From: Rhizobium phage RHph_I20 | Sequence record: MN988539.1 | Length of the DNA stretch: 24,000 nucleotides | Reading direction: 5' to 3' (one strand) | In this document: positions 9,972-16,668 of the stretch, piece after piece | Numbering within the stretch: the first letter of the stretch is position 1 | Layout of the letters: every line of letters begins with the position of its first letter | Translations under genes and position numbers: made by a program | The notes under the pieces: model-generated | Databases searched by the model: none | Told to the model about the DNA's origin: nothing | Seen by the model: the letters and a program-made list of their open reading frames with translations, nothing else

Positions 9972-10160
9972 ATGCAGACAAAGCAGTGGATAATTATCGG
10001 CGCAACGCTGGCTTGTTGCTTGGCTTACGCGATGCTTGGCGCCCTGGCCGCACCGCCCGGCTGGAGACCGTCCCTCTTGGGATTGCTGTTAGACCCGGTG
10101 ATGATCGTGATCCTGATCGGGGGTCTCGCAGCGGCACGCTATAGCCGCAATCATTCCTAA
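9972..10160 (+). CDS. Small two-TM hydrophobic protein, position analogous to T7 gene 19.5
   Basis: MQTKQWIIIGATLACCLAYAMLGALAAPPGW...LLLDPVMIVILIGGLAAARYSRNHS; no clear SD. Confidence 0.4.
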   Translation: MQTKQWIIIGATLACCLAYAMLGALAAPPGWRPSLLGLLLDPVMIVILIGGLAAARYSRNHS

Positions 10161-10642
10161 AGGGCTGCGGTAGGATCGCCCCCCGGATATTTTTGGGTGC
10201 CATATTTTCGAGGCGTCCCGTCCTGATCGACGCGCGCGGTTTCCCCCATGCGGGTGCGGTACGCGCGGTATAAAGCACGCGTGCGCTCTTCCTTTTGCCG
10301 GGCTCAAGGGTGCTAGGGGCACGGGCTTGGGGCACATACCACGCGCAAGCCCTTGCAGCGTAGGGCAATGCAAAGAATATGCCCTTCTTGACGTGCCCTA
10401 TCATGGGCGTTTGGCTTGGCTTTTGGCCACGCCTCATCTCAAAACGTTATGTTATTACATCACGCGACTGCGCACCTTTGCCGCCATCTGTCCGCTTTTG
10501 CCCTCACCGCTCAAAGCCAAGCCTAACGCCTCGCCTATTGCCAGCCCTTCCGCCTCGCCTATCGCAAATCACATCGCCCGCGATCCTCTCGCCTAAGCCT
10601 CTCGACAGGCCACAAGCCCGGCTTAGGGGCTGCAATAAGCCT

Positions 10643-10666
10643 TCACTTCCACATTCCGAACAAAAA
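10643..10666 (+). promoter_or_regulatory. Dispersed motif copy (right half degraded)
   Basis: TCACTTCCACATTCCGAACAAAAA. Confidence 0.45.
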
Positions 10667-10708
10667 GATTCGTTTCAAATCAATGCCTTATCATTTTTCC
10701 GAATTACC

Positions 10709-10732
10709 TCACTTCCATATTCCGATGTGATG
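10709..10732 (+). promoter_or_regulatory. Dispersed motif copy (start of early region)
   Basis: TCACTTCCATATTCCGATGTGATG. Confidence 0.6.
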
Positions 10733-10875
10733 TGCTTATCTCCTGTCCATCGAAGCAACGCGCTTCGGTCGTCGGTCTCCGGATCGCCGGTTCTTTGACA
10801 TCGTGAAACGCCTTGTCGCAGGGGCCTAATGCCCTGCCTGAAGAGCTGCCAGTCGCAGCGAAACAAGGCAATCAA

Positions 10876-11085
10876 ATGGAACTCTTGGAACCTATGACTT
10901 CCGAGAACGGCGCTAGGCTCCTCGGATACACTCGCGAAATGCTGGCCGAAAGCCTCTTTCATAGCATCCACGTTTTGGTGAAGCCTGACGCCGATCTAGA
11001 CGGATTGGTGAGGGTCTTCGACTGCGACCAATGCGAAATGCTGACGCTTCGCGGCTGGAACTGGACGTTTGAGGAAATCGAATGA
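10876..11085 (+). CDS. Hypothetical early protein
   Basis: MELLEPMTSENGARLLGYTREMLAE...FEEIE; ORF may extend to TTG at 10813; ATGA overlap with the next small ORF. Confidence 0.5.
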   Translation: MELLEPMTSENGARLLGYTREMLAESLFHSIHVLVKPDADLDGLVRVFDCDQCEMLTLRGWNWTFEEIE

Positions 11086-11183
11086 CCTTCCTTAGCTTGA
11101 ACGAAGCCCTAGCCCTTCTCACTGTCGCCGCCTCCGGTCTCTTCCTCATGCAATGGGGTCTTGCCGGTCACAAGCGGCGCTAA
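11082..11183 (+). CDS. Small hydrophobic protein (33 aa)
   Basis: MTFLSLNEALALLTVAASGLFLMQWGLAGHKRR*, ATGA overlap with upstream ORF; below the length cutoff of the supplied ORF track. Confidence 0.4.
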   Translation: MTFLSLNEALALLTVAASGLFLMQWGLAGHKRR

Positions 11184-11206
11184 CTGCTTCCAAATGGGGA
11201 TATGAA

Positions 11207-11467
11207 ATGAACACGGTTTGCTGGCCGGATCGCTCAATGCATCTCGGCAAATTCCAGCCAATCGCCGGTCTCGTGGCTGGCGGATCGCACACCTTGGAGA
11301 TTTGGGGAAACAGCGCCGAAGGCTGGCGCGTGATGCTTTGCCGTGATGGCAGCGGCGTCCAGGTTAGCCCGCTCTTCACTCGGGCAGACGGCGATACGAT
11401 GCGGGGTCTCAAAGAGGCTTGCCAGCGCGCCTATGGCGTCACGCCGTCGAAGGGGAGGAACTGGTAA
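11207..11467 (+). CDS. Hypothetical early protein
   Basis: MNTVCWPDRSMHLGKFQPIAGLVAGG...; start/stop overlap with the ORF at 11467. Confidence 0.5.
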   Translation: MNTVCWPDRSMHLGKFQPIAGLVAGGSHTLEIWGNSAEGWRVMLCRDGSGVQVSPLFTRADGDTMRGLKEACQRAYGVTPSKGRNW

Positions 11468-11667
11468 TGTTCTTCACTCTCCAACGCATCCGCTTGAACT
11501 CGGGCGGCTATGACAGCTCCGGCACCTATTGGGGCCATGGCCAGCGGCTCTACCGCTTCGAAGCGATCAATGATCCGGAGGCTGGCGGCACTTGCCGCGC
11601 TGCCGATCGGGAAGCCGCCAAGCGCCACGTTTGGAAGCACTGGCCCAACGCCAAATTCTTTCGCTGA
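11467..11667 (+). CDS. Hypothetical early protein
   Basis: MFFTLQRIRLNSGGYDSSGTYWGHGQRLYRFEAI...; TAATG overlap with previous CDS. Confidence 0.6.
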   Translation: MFFTLQRIRLNSGGYDSSGTYWGHGQRLYRFEAINDPEAGGTCRAADREAAKRHVWKHWPNAKFFR

Positions 11668-11865
11668 CCTGACAGCCTCGCCTAGCGCGGGGCTTCAAGC
11701 CCTCCAATGAGGCCAGCCGCGCGCTGGTTTGATTGGTGCGCTTGCTGCCGTGCTGAACGGCCGACGTAACGCCCGCATCCGGGAGGCCCGACGAAACAGG
11801 GTCACAATGCAGGGAGGTTGAACCATGCTCACATGGTCGATCACTCTTCGTTGGAAATGGAAAAA

Positions 11866-11890
11866 GGCCAAGGTCTCGATCACCTTGGCC
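11866..11890 (-). terminator. Minus-strand intrinsic terminator-like hairpin
   Basis: Perfect 9 bp arms GGCCAAGGT/ACCTTGGCC with 7 nt loop; on the minus strand the hairpin is followed by TTTTTCC. Confidence 0.5.
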
Positions 11891-11978
11891 CTATTCCTAA
11901 CCCTCTAGCGAAGGGGGGCTCGGGGCAATGCCTCGGGCCTTCCTGCATCCTAATCAATCTAGCGAAGGATGCAAGGCA

Positions 11979-12269
11979 ATGCCCACAGCAATCAGAACGA
12001 AATTCCTCGGGCCGACCAATGCGCGGGGATCGCGTGTAAAGGCCGAGACCTGCGAAGCCCTGCCGGAGCTGAAGCGGCGCATAACGCTTTCTTGGGATCA
12101 CAGTCTCGACGGTCAAGCGAACCATGCACGGGCTGCAAAGGCCCTGGCCGAAAAGCTCGAATGGGCCGGAGACTGGCACATCGCGGATGGCGGGGATGTC
12201 TATCTCTGGATTCGCACCGGTGCCTTTTCCTGGCGTTTCGGCGTAAAGGAGACGCGGGCCGATGACTGA
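11979..12269 (+). CDS. Hypothetical early protein
   Basis: MPTAIRTKFLGPTNARGSRVKAETCEALPELKRRITLSWDHSLDGQANHARAAKALAEKL...; overlaps next ATG at 12262. Confidence 0.6.
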   Translation: MPTAIRTKFLGPTNARGSRVKAETCEALPELKRRITLSWDHSLDGQANHARAAKALAEKLEWAGDWHIADGGDVYLWIRTGAFSWRFGVKETRADD

Positions 12270-12495
12270 ACGTAGATATCGCGATCTGACGCAGGAAGAG
12301 CTTGAAGCTCTCCAGGCATTCGCCGCCGAATATGGTCGCCAGTGGAAAGGCGTCCTGTCCAACGTCTATTGGTACAACGCCCGCGTATGGCGCGGCGGCA
12401 AGCCCAACGATGGCTACATCCTGCATGGTTTGCGGAATAGCCTCGGGCCTTCGTGGCTCGACGGCTTCAAGCTGCCGAAAGGCGGTGCGGAATGA
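12262..12495 (+). CDS. Hypothetical early protein
   Basis: MTERRYRDLTQEELEALQAFAAEYGRQWKGVLSNVYWYNARV...; overlaps neighbouring ORFs by a few nt. Confidence 0.6.
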   Translation: MTERRYRDLTQEELEALQAFAAEYGRQWKGVLSNVYWYNARVWRGGKPNDGYILHGLRNSLGPSWLDGFKLPKGGAE

Positions 12496-12716
12496 GCTAC
12501 CGCGTCGAGGTCCACTACACGAACGGCGACACGGCATGGACGCACTACACGTTCTATCCGCAAGCTCGCGACCATTGCGCCTACCGCCTGGACGACAAAT
12601 ACGTCTCGGCCGTGCGCGTCACTAACGAGAAGACGGGTAAAGTCCGCTTCAAACGCGCGAAGGATGCCGCCGGTCTTCGTTGGCTTCATCAAGAGGGCGC
12701 AGATGTATTGGGCTAG
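12492..12716 (+). CDS. Hypothetical early protein
   Basis: MSYRVEVHYTNGDTAWTHYTFYPQARDHCAYRLDDKYVSAVRV...; ATGA overlap with previous CDS. Confidence 0.6.
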   Translation: MSYRVEVHYTNGDTAWTHYTFYPQARDHCAYRLDDKYVSAVRVTNEKTGKVRFKRAKDAAGLRWLHQEGADVLG

Positions 12717-12795
12717 TTTTCCGGGCACGCGTCCCCTTGTTGGAAACCCACGAAACTTTCTTCGGCGCTGGCTCCGTCGCTTCCGCCTCAAACGT

Positions 12796-13056
12796 GATTG
12801 ATCAATCTAAAGCCCTGCCGGTCGCGGGGCTTTATGCGGTTCAATCTTGACCGGCCGGTTTTCCACAGACTTAACAGCCAAATGCGCAAATCTGAGATTT
12901 TAGGATTAAGTTCCTATTAGGTGTTGATCACCTCAACCATCGCCTGTTATCCACATTGCTATGCAGCGCGTGACGGCAATCCTAAGATTTTAGGAGATGC
13001 TAACACTGCCCTACATCGCTATGTGAAAGGAGTTCGGCGCCGCCGGATTGAGGTCT
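12796..13056. promoter_or_regulatory. Candidate replication/regulatory region
   Basis: Non-coding, relatively AT-rich; DnaA-box-like TTTTCCACA (12859-12867) and TTATCCACA (12947-12955); palindrome GATTGATCAATC (12796-12807); GTTGA-TCACC-TCAAC (12923-12937); direct repeat GATTTTAGGA (12896, 12986); TCCTAA-GATT-TTAGGA (12980-12995). Confidence 0.4.
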
Positions 13057-13136
13057 TCCAAAAAACAACCTGTGCATTGAACTAAACGCCCGCAGCGGGG
13101 CCTTGACGAGTCCGGTGGCCGCTTTGCTATTGACAC

Positions 13137-13222
13137 CTGACTTTCACATGCCAATGTAAAGCCGAAACAGTGGCCCTGTGCCCCTGTCGTCGCGGGTTCG
13201 GTTCCCGCGGCCTGACGAAGGC
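13137..13222 (+). ncRNA. Structured leader / small RNA-like element, copy B
   Basis: Downstream of a motif copy: GCCGAAAC, hairpin ACAGTGG/CCCCTGT, GTCGT, hairpin CGCGGG-TTCGGTT-CCCGCG, then GCC-TGACGAA-GGC. Confidence 0.4.
13139..13161 (+). promoter_or_regulatory. Dispersed motif copy, immediately after a TTGACA -35-like hexamer
   Basis: GACTTTCACATGCCAATGTAAAG; TTGACA at 13130-13135. Confidence 0.5.
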
Positions 13223-13278
13223 AACCGGACAGAGGACTACGTCAGCCAGATGATGCGGACAGAGAACGGACGAGTCGC

Positions 13279-13437
13279 ATGTTTTTGAAGGTTGGGTCAG
13301 TCGAAGTGCATATCACCCGCGAATACGCGAGGGTTAAAGGCGAGGCTCCGGTTTGGGCTTCCAAACTCGGGGATAGCTGGTGGGTGAGGCTCTTCTCTTT
13401 TGTATGCGTAATCTCAAAGGGTAAATCAGGGAGTTAA
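13279..13437 (+). CDS. Small hypothetical protein (52 aa)
   Basis: MFLKVGSVEVHITREYARVKGEAPVWASKLGDSWWVRLFSFVCVISKGKSGS*, ends just before the wHTH start codon. Confidence 0.35.
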   Translation: MFLKVGSVEVHITREYARVKGEAPVWASKLGDSWWVRLFSFVCVISKGKSGS

Positions 13438-13439
13438 AA

Positions 13440-13790
13440 ATGTTGGATAGTAACCCTCTAGTGAGGGCCTTGCAGGAGTTACAGAGCCATTGGAAGAATT
13501 TTCCGGTTCAACAGATGCTCCTCTTCTTAGAAATTGCGAGGAACGACCTGGAGGGGCGCGAATGGGGCGTGGTCGAGATTGGCGAACGGCTCGGGATGCC
13601 GCAAGCCTCGGTCTCACGGGGGATCACTGATCTTTCCAGCCGCACAATACCGCCGGGTAGCTCCGAGCCGATCGACTTGGTTACGACCCGGCCGGACGCT
13701 ATCGACCATAGGAAGCGCATCCCGATCCTCACGGACAAAGGGCGCAGGGTCTACGAAAGCCTTTCCGACCTCCTCACTCCAACGGCCTGA
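13440..13790 (+). CDS. MarR-like winged-helix DNA-binding protein, paralog 1
   Basis: HWKNFPVQQMLLFLEIARNDLEG..WGVVEIGERLGMPQASVSRGITDLS...PIDLVTTRPDAIDHRKRIPILTDKGRRVYE: helix-turn-helix plus wing and TxKGR motif. Confidence 0.85.
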   Translation: MLDSNPLVRALQELQSHWKNFPVQQMLLFLEIARNDLEGREWGVVEIGERLGMPQASVSRGITDLSSRTIPPGSSEPIDLVTTRPDAIDHRKRIPILTDKGRRVYESLSDLLTPTA

Positions 13791-13795
13791 CTGAC

Positions 13796-13826
13796 AAGGG
13801 GCGCTCTTCGCGGGGCGCCCTTTTCT
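13796..13826 (+). terminator. Intrinsic terminator after wHTH paralog 1
   Basis: GGGCGC (13798-13803) / GCGCCC (13815-13820) followed by TTTTCTT. Confidence 0.7.
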
Positions 13827-13834
13827 TAGCTCTT

Positions 13835-13916
13835 CTCACTTCCACATTCCGATGTGAATGCCGAAACGCTCTTGAGCGTCGTCGCGGGGTCGTGCCCGTG
13901 GCCTGACGATGGCAGC
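13835..13916 (+). ncRNA. Structured leader / small RNA-like element, copy C
   Basis: Downstream of the best motif copy: GCCGAA, hairpin ACGCT-CTTG-AGCGT, CGT, hairpin CGCGGG-GTCGTG-CCCGTG, then GCC-TGACGAT-GGC; matches copy B. Confidence 0.4.
13837..13860 (+). promoter_or_regulatory. Dispersed motif copy (closest to consensus)
   Basis: CACTTCCACATTCCGATGTGAATG directly downstream of an intrinsic terminator. Confidence 0.65.
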
Positions 13917-13938
13917 GACCATTAGGGGATGCGCAACA

Positions 13939-14169
13939 ATGAAGGACAAGAAGCCGGACCCGATCCGGTTCATCGTGTCACCGGCGAAGGACAGCCGCCG
14001 GTACGAGCTTTCAGTTTTCCGCTCGGTCCTTACGAGACCGGGCCTCTTCCGCCTCCGGCGCGTGACGCTCGGGGAATTTCACACACCGAACGGGGCCAAG
14101 GCGCTCGCCGCGATCCACGCGGGAAGCCAACCATTTCGGATCGTCTACGACCTGGAAACCAGCCGCTAA
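13939..14169 (+). CDS. Hypothetical protein
   Basis: MKDKKPDPIRFIVSPAKDSRRYELSVFRSVLTRPGLFRLRRVTLGEFHTPNGAKALAAIHAG...; ORF track start at 13909 falls inside the structured element. Confidence 0.5.
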   Translation: MKDKKPDPIRFIVSPAKDSRRYELSVFRSVLTRPGLFRLRRVTLGEFHTPNGAKALAAIHAGSQPFRIVYDLETSR

Positions 14170-14193
14170 CGGCACCAGCACGAGGAACAACCA

Positions 14194-14748
14194 ATGCGCA
14201 AATTCAAGATCGGTCTCCTGGCCACGCTCGCGGCGGGTGCACTGGCGATCACCGCCCTGCCCTCCGATGCCGGATCATCCCGGAGCGGTGGCGGCGGCTT
14301 CTCTTCGCGATCGTCTTCAAGCTACTCCCGGTCGACCAGCACCTTCCGCTCGGTCCCGTCGATCCCGCGCTCGGCGCCGTCAAAGCCAGCCTACAGCCCT
14401 CCTCCCTCGACCACGTCCAACCGGACGACGGTCATCAACCGCAACTACTATCATTCCTCCGGCCCGAGCTATTCGAGCGGCGGAAATGGTGGCTTTATGT
14501 CCTCGTTCTTCGGGTCCTACCTCGGCACGTCTCTGGCACAGCCTCATGCCGCGCCTCAAGCCGCTCCGGTCATCATCAACGGCGTGCCGACTTCCGGCGC
14601 CGCAGCCCCGCAGCAACCGCTTCCCGCCACGCAGGTCGTCTATCAGGACGATCGCAACGAAGACGAAGGCGGCGGTTCCTGGCTGATCTGGCTTCTCCTC
14701 CTCACGGGGATCGGCGGCGCAACTTGGTGGATCGTGAGGCGCGCATAA
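14194..14748 (+). CDS. Secreted/membrane-anchored Ser/Gly/Pro-rich protein
   Basis: Signal peptide-like N-terminus (MRKFKIGLLATLAAGALAITALPSDAG), low-complexity Ser-rich region, C-terminal TM WLIWLLLLTGIGGATWWIVRRA. Confidence 0.7.
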   Translation: MRKFKIGLLATLAAGALAITALPSDAGSSRSGGGGFSSRSSSSYSRSTSTFRSVPSIPRSAPSKPAYSPPPSTTSNRTTVINRNYYHSSGPSYSSGGNGGFMSSFFGSYLGTSLAQPHAAPQAAPVIINGVPTSGAAAPQQPLPATQVVYQDDRNEDEGGGSWLIWLLLLTGIGGATWWIVRRA

Positions 14749-15005
14749 TGGCCTATGGTGATTACAACGGCCCCAACAAACCGGATAAGGGCAAGGAAGG
14801 CGGAAGCTGCAACCGCACACGCTGCCAATGCGGCCCGGCCCTCTGGTATAACCACGGCTCTCGCGCTTGGTATTGCCTGGAATGCGCCGAGGATATCGGT
14901 CTTGACCCGGTAAACCTCTGGCACTGGAAAAAGGACTTCGGCGACCGGCTCGGCCATCCGATGTTCGAAACGCGCGGCATGATGGATGCGCGGGTGGCCT
15001 CGTGA
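14748..15005 (+). CDS. Small Cys-rich (zinc-binding-like) protein
   Basis: MAYGDYNGPNKPDKGKEGGSCNRTRCQCGPALWYNHGSRAWYCLECAEDIG...; start overlaps stop of previous ORF (TAATG). Confidence 0.6.
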   Translation: MAYGDYNGPNKPDKGKEGGSCNRTRCQCGPALWYNHGSRAWYCLECAEDIGLDPVNLWHWKKDFGDRLGHPMFETRGMMDARVAS

Positions 15006-15178
15006 CCCCAAGCCAAGCCGTCAAACGGGTAGGGTCTTATCACCCGGCCGCAGCTCTTCGCAAAGCGATCGACAAGGAAGCGGGTGTCCTCGGCGTCATC
15101 CCTTTCCGCCATTTCCCAAAGCTCCGCGCAATGCGTGTCCTGGCACGCTCGATCAAGCGCGGCCACTTCTATCAGTGA
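15002..15178 (+). CDS. Hypothetical protein (58 aa), GTG start
   Basis: VTPSQAVKRVGSYHPAAALRKAIDKEAGVLGVIPFRHFPKLRAMRVLARSIKRGHFYQ*, GTGA overlap with previous stop. Confidence 0.45.
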   Translation: MTPSQAVKRVGSYHPAAALRKAIDKEAGVLGVIPFRHFPKLRAMRVLARSIKRGHFYQ

Positions 15179-15184
15179 GAAGCA

Positions 15185-15589
15185 ATGGACATCATCACAG
15201 CCCTGGAGCTGGTCCAGGCCATCACCTACAAGCCCGGCTGGTCGGTCAACGTCTTGTTCGACCGCGAGCGGGAAAGCTACTTCGTCCAACTCTCGGTCTC
15301 TGAAGAAGCCGAGGCGTCGATGGATAGCTTCTTGCGGGACGGTACGCGTACACCGTGGAAATCGGCCAAGCGTTACCTCTCGCCGCACATGTGCCGACAG
15401 GAGATCGTCGGCCTAGTCTTCGGCCTCATCAAAGACGCCGAGCTTCACGAGGTCCACGAGTGGTTCCGCTACAAGGGCGCCTCGATCTTCAATCCTCACC
15501 TCGATCCCGACGTGCTGGCCGAAGTCGCCCGCAAGAAGTCGAGCTTCAACGTCCGTACCAACGCCATGAGCATGGCAGAAAGCGAATAA
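15185..15589 (+). CDS. Hypothetical protein
   Basis: MDIITALELVQAITYKPGWSVNVLFDRERESYFVQLSVSEEAEASMDSF...; tight spacing to neighbours. Confidence 0.65.
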   Translation: MDIITALELVQAITYKPGWSVNVLFDRERESYFVQLSVSEEAEASMDSFLRDGTRTPWKSAKRYLSPHMCRQEIVGLVFGLIKDAELHEVHEWFRYKGASIFNPHLDPDVLAEVARKKSSFNVRTNAMSMAESE

Positions 15590-15591
15590 CC

Positions 15592-16503
15592 ATGAGCAAG
15601 TTCAAGATCGGCGACCGCGTCCAGTTCTCCAGCATGGATGAGCTTCGTGCCCGCATCGACCATCGCGACCTGAAGAAGCACCTCGGCCATGTCACGTTGG
15701 ACACGGTCATGCATGTCGTGGCTGTCTCTGGTGCATCGGTCTTCGTGGACTTCGGGCCTATGTTTCCGGGCTTCAACATTGACGACTCCCGCCTCAAGCT
15801 GGCCGAGGAGAAGCCGAAGGCCACGGTCTTCAAGCCGGGCGACGTTATCGTGTTTGCCTCGAAGAAGGACCTGGACGAATGGAAGTGCAAAGCATCGCGC
15901 TTCACTTCGGCCCGGCAAAAGATCGGCCTGGAGACCAAGCTCACGGTGCATTGCCTGGATGGCGGCTTTCAACCAACCGTCGTTGTCCAGCTTCCCAATA
16001 GGGTCGGCGAGCTTGTGAAGCACCACATCAACGTCGATCGCGTCAAGCTTGCACCGGTTCCGATGCTCGAAGCCGGGGCGCTCGTGATGTTCAAGGATGG
16101 TGACGCGTTTGCCGATTGCCACCGTCACAAGCGGCTGGTCGAAGAAGGCGCGACCGCGTTCTCGATCTTCGAGGTCGTCGGCGCGGGCTACACCGAGCGT
16201 TCGGTGTTGATTCGGCTGCACGGCACGCCCGGCGCAAAGGCGCACCCGGTTAAGATCACTCGCCTGGACCTGATAAATGCCGCCGCCTCTTCGGAACCGA
16301 AGGGTCTGGACGCGGTCTTCATCGTGTCCGAGGAAGGCGCGCAGAAGCAGGACCTGTCGCCGATGGCCACGCAGGAAGAAGCCGTCAGCAAGGCCAAATC
16401 CGACGCCCGGCAGTTCAACACCCGTCAATTTGTGTTCAAGCTGGTCGCCGTGGTTGAGCCGCCGATTATTCCGGAACCGAAGGTCGAATTCTGCAAAGCT
16501 TGA
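15592..16503 (+). CDS. Hypothetical protein with three internal beta-rich repeats (303 aa)
   Basis: ATG at 15592; repeat starts FKIGDRVQFSS.., FKPGDVIVFAS.., LEAGALVMFKD.. about 70-90 aa apart. Confidence 0.65.
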   Translation: MSKFKIGDRVQFSSMDELRARIDHRDLKKHLGHVTLDTVMHVVAVSGASVFVDFGPMFPGFNIDDSRLKLAEEKPKATVFKPGDVIVFASKKDLDEWKCKASRFTSARQKIGLETKLTVHCLDGGFQPTVVVQLPNRVGELVKHHINVDRVKLAPVPMLEAGALVMFKDGDAFADCHRHKRLVEEGATAFSIFEVVGAGYTERSVLIRLHGTPGAKAHPVKITRLDLINAAASSEPKGLDAVFIVSEEGAQKQDLSPMATQEEAVSKAKSDARQFNTRQFVFKLVAVVEPPIIPEPKVEFCKA

Positions 16504-16568
16504 GATGTGAAAGTTAAGACGCGGGGCCGGTCCAAAGCGGCACAAGGGGTTAGGACCATTGCATTTCG

Positions 16569-16590
16569 TATCACATTACCATATGCAATC
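16569..16590 (+). promoter_or_regulatory. Degenerate dispersed motif copy (upstream of wHTH paralog 2)
   Basis: TATCACATTACCATATGCAATC. Confidence 0.35.
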
Positions 16591-16668
16591 ATTTCGGGAT
16601 TGCTGCTTCGGCAGTCCCGTGCATTATCCCCGCGTCTTCAACACCATCTCGGAAAGGTCTGCACGTCC

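Noticed and set aside
10327-10798. Overlapping + ORFs of 89 and 139 aa rich in Pro/Ser
   Set aside because: They arise from CCTAWNG/GCCTCGCCTAT repeats and run through the motif copies at 10643 and 10709; better explained as non-coding junction sequence.
12809-12833. AAAGCCC...GGGCTTT hairpin as an intrinsic terminator after the early ORFs
   Set aside because: Arms are good (AAAGCCC/GGGCTTT) but the T-tract is only TTT before ATG; plausible but not strong enough to list as a feature.
13191-13209. tRNA T-arm-like sequence CGCGGG-TTCGGTT-CCCGCG, possibly a tRNA or attP in a tRNA 3' end
   Set aside because: The loop TTCGGTT lacks the invariant A58, no acceptor/anticodon arms or CCA end can be laid out around it, and the same stem recurs in copy C with a different loop, so a repeated leader structure explains it better.
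13929-14747. Upstream part of the 358 aa + ORF (13929..15005)
   Set aside because: Overlaps 13939..14169 and 14194..14748 in other frames and has out-of-frame-like Arg/Pro composition; only the C-terminal part from 14748 looks like a real protein.
15496-16545. 349 aa minus-strand ORF
   Set aside because: Antisense to the coherent + strand genes; high-GC shadow frame with Arg/Leu-rich composition and no recognisable motifs.
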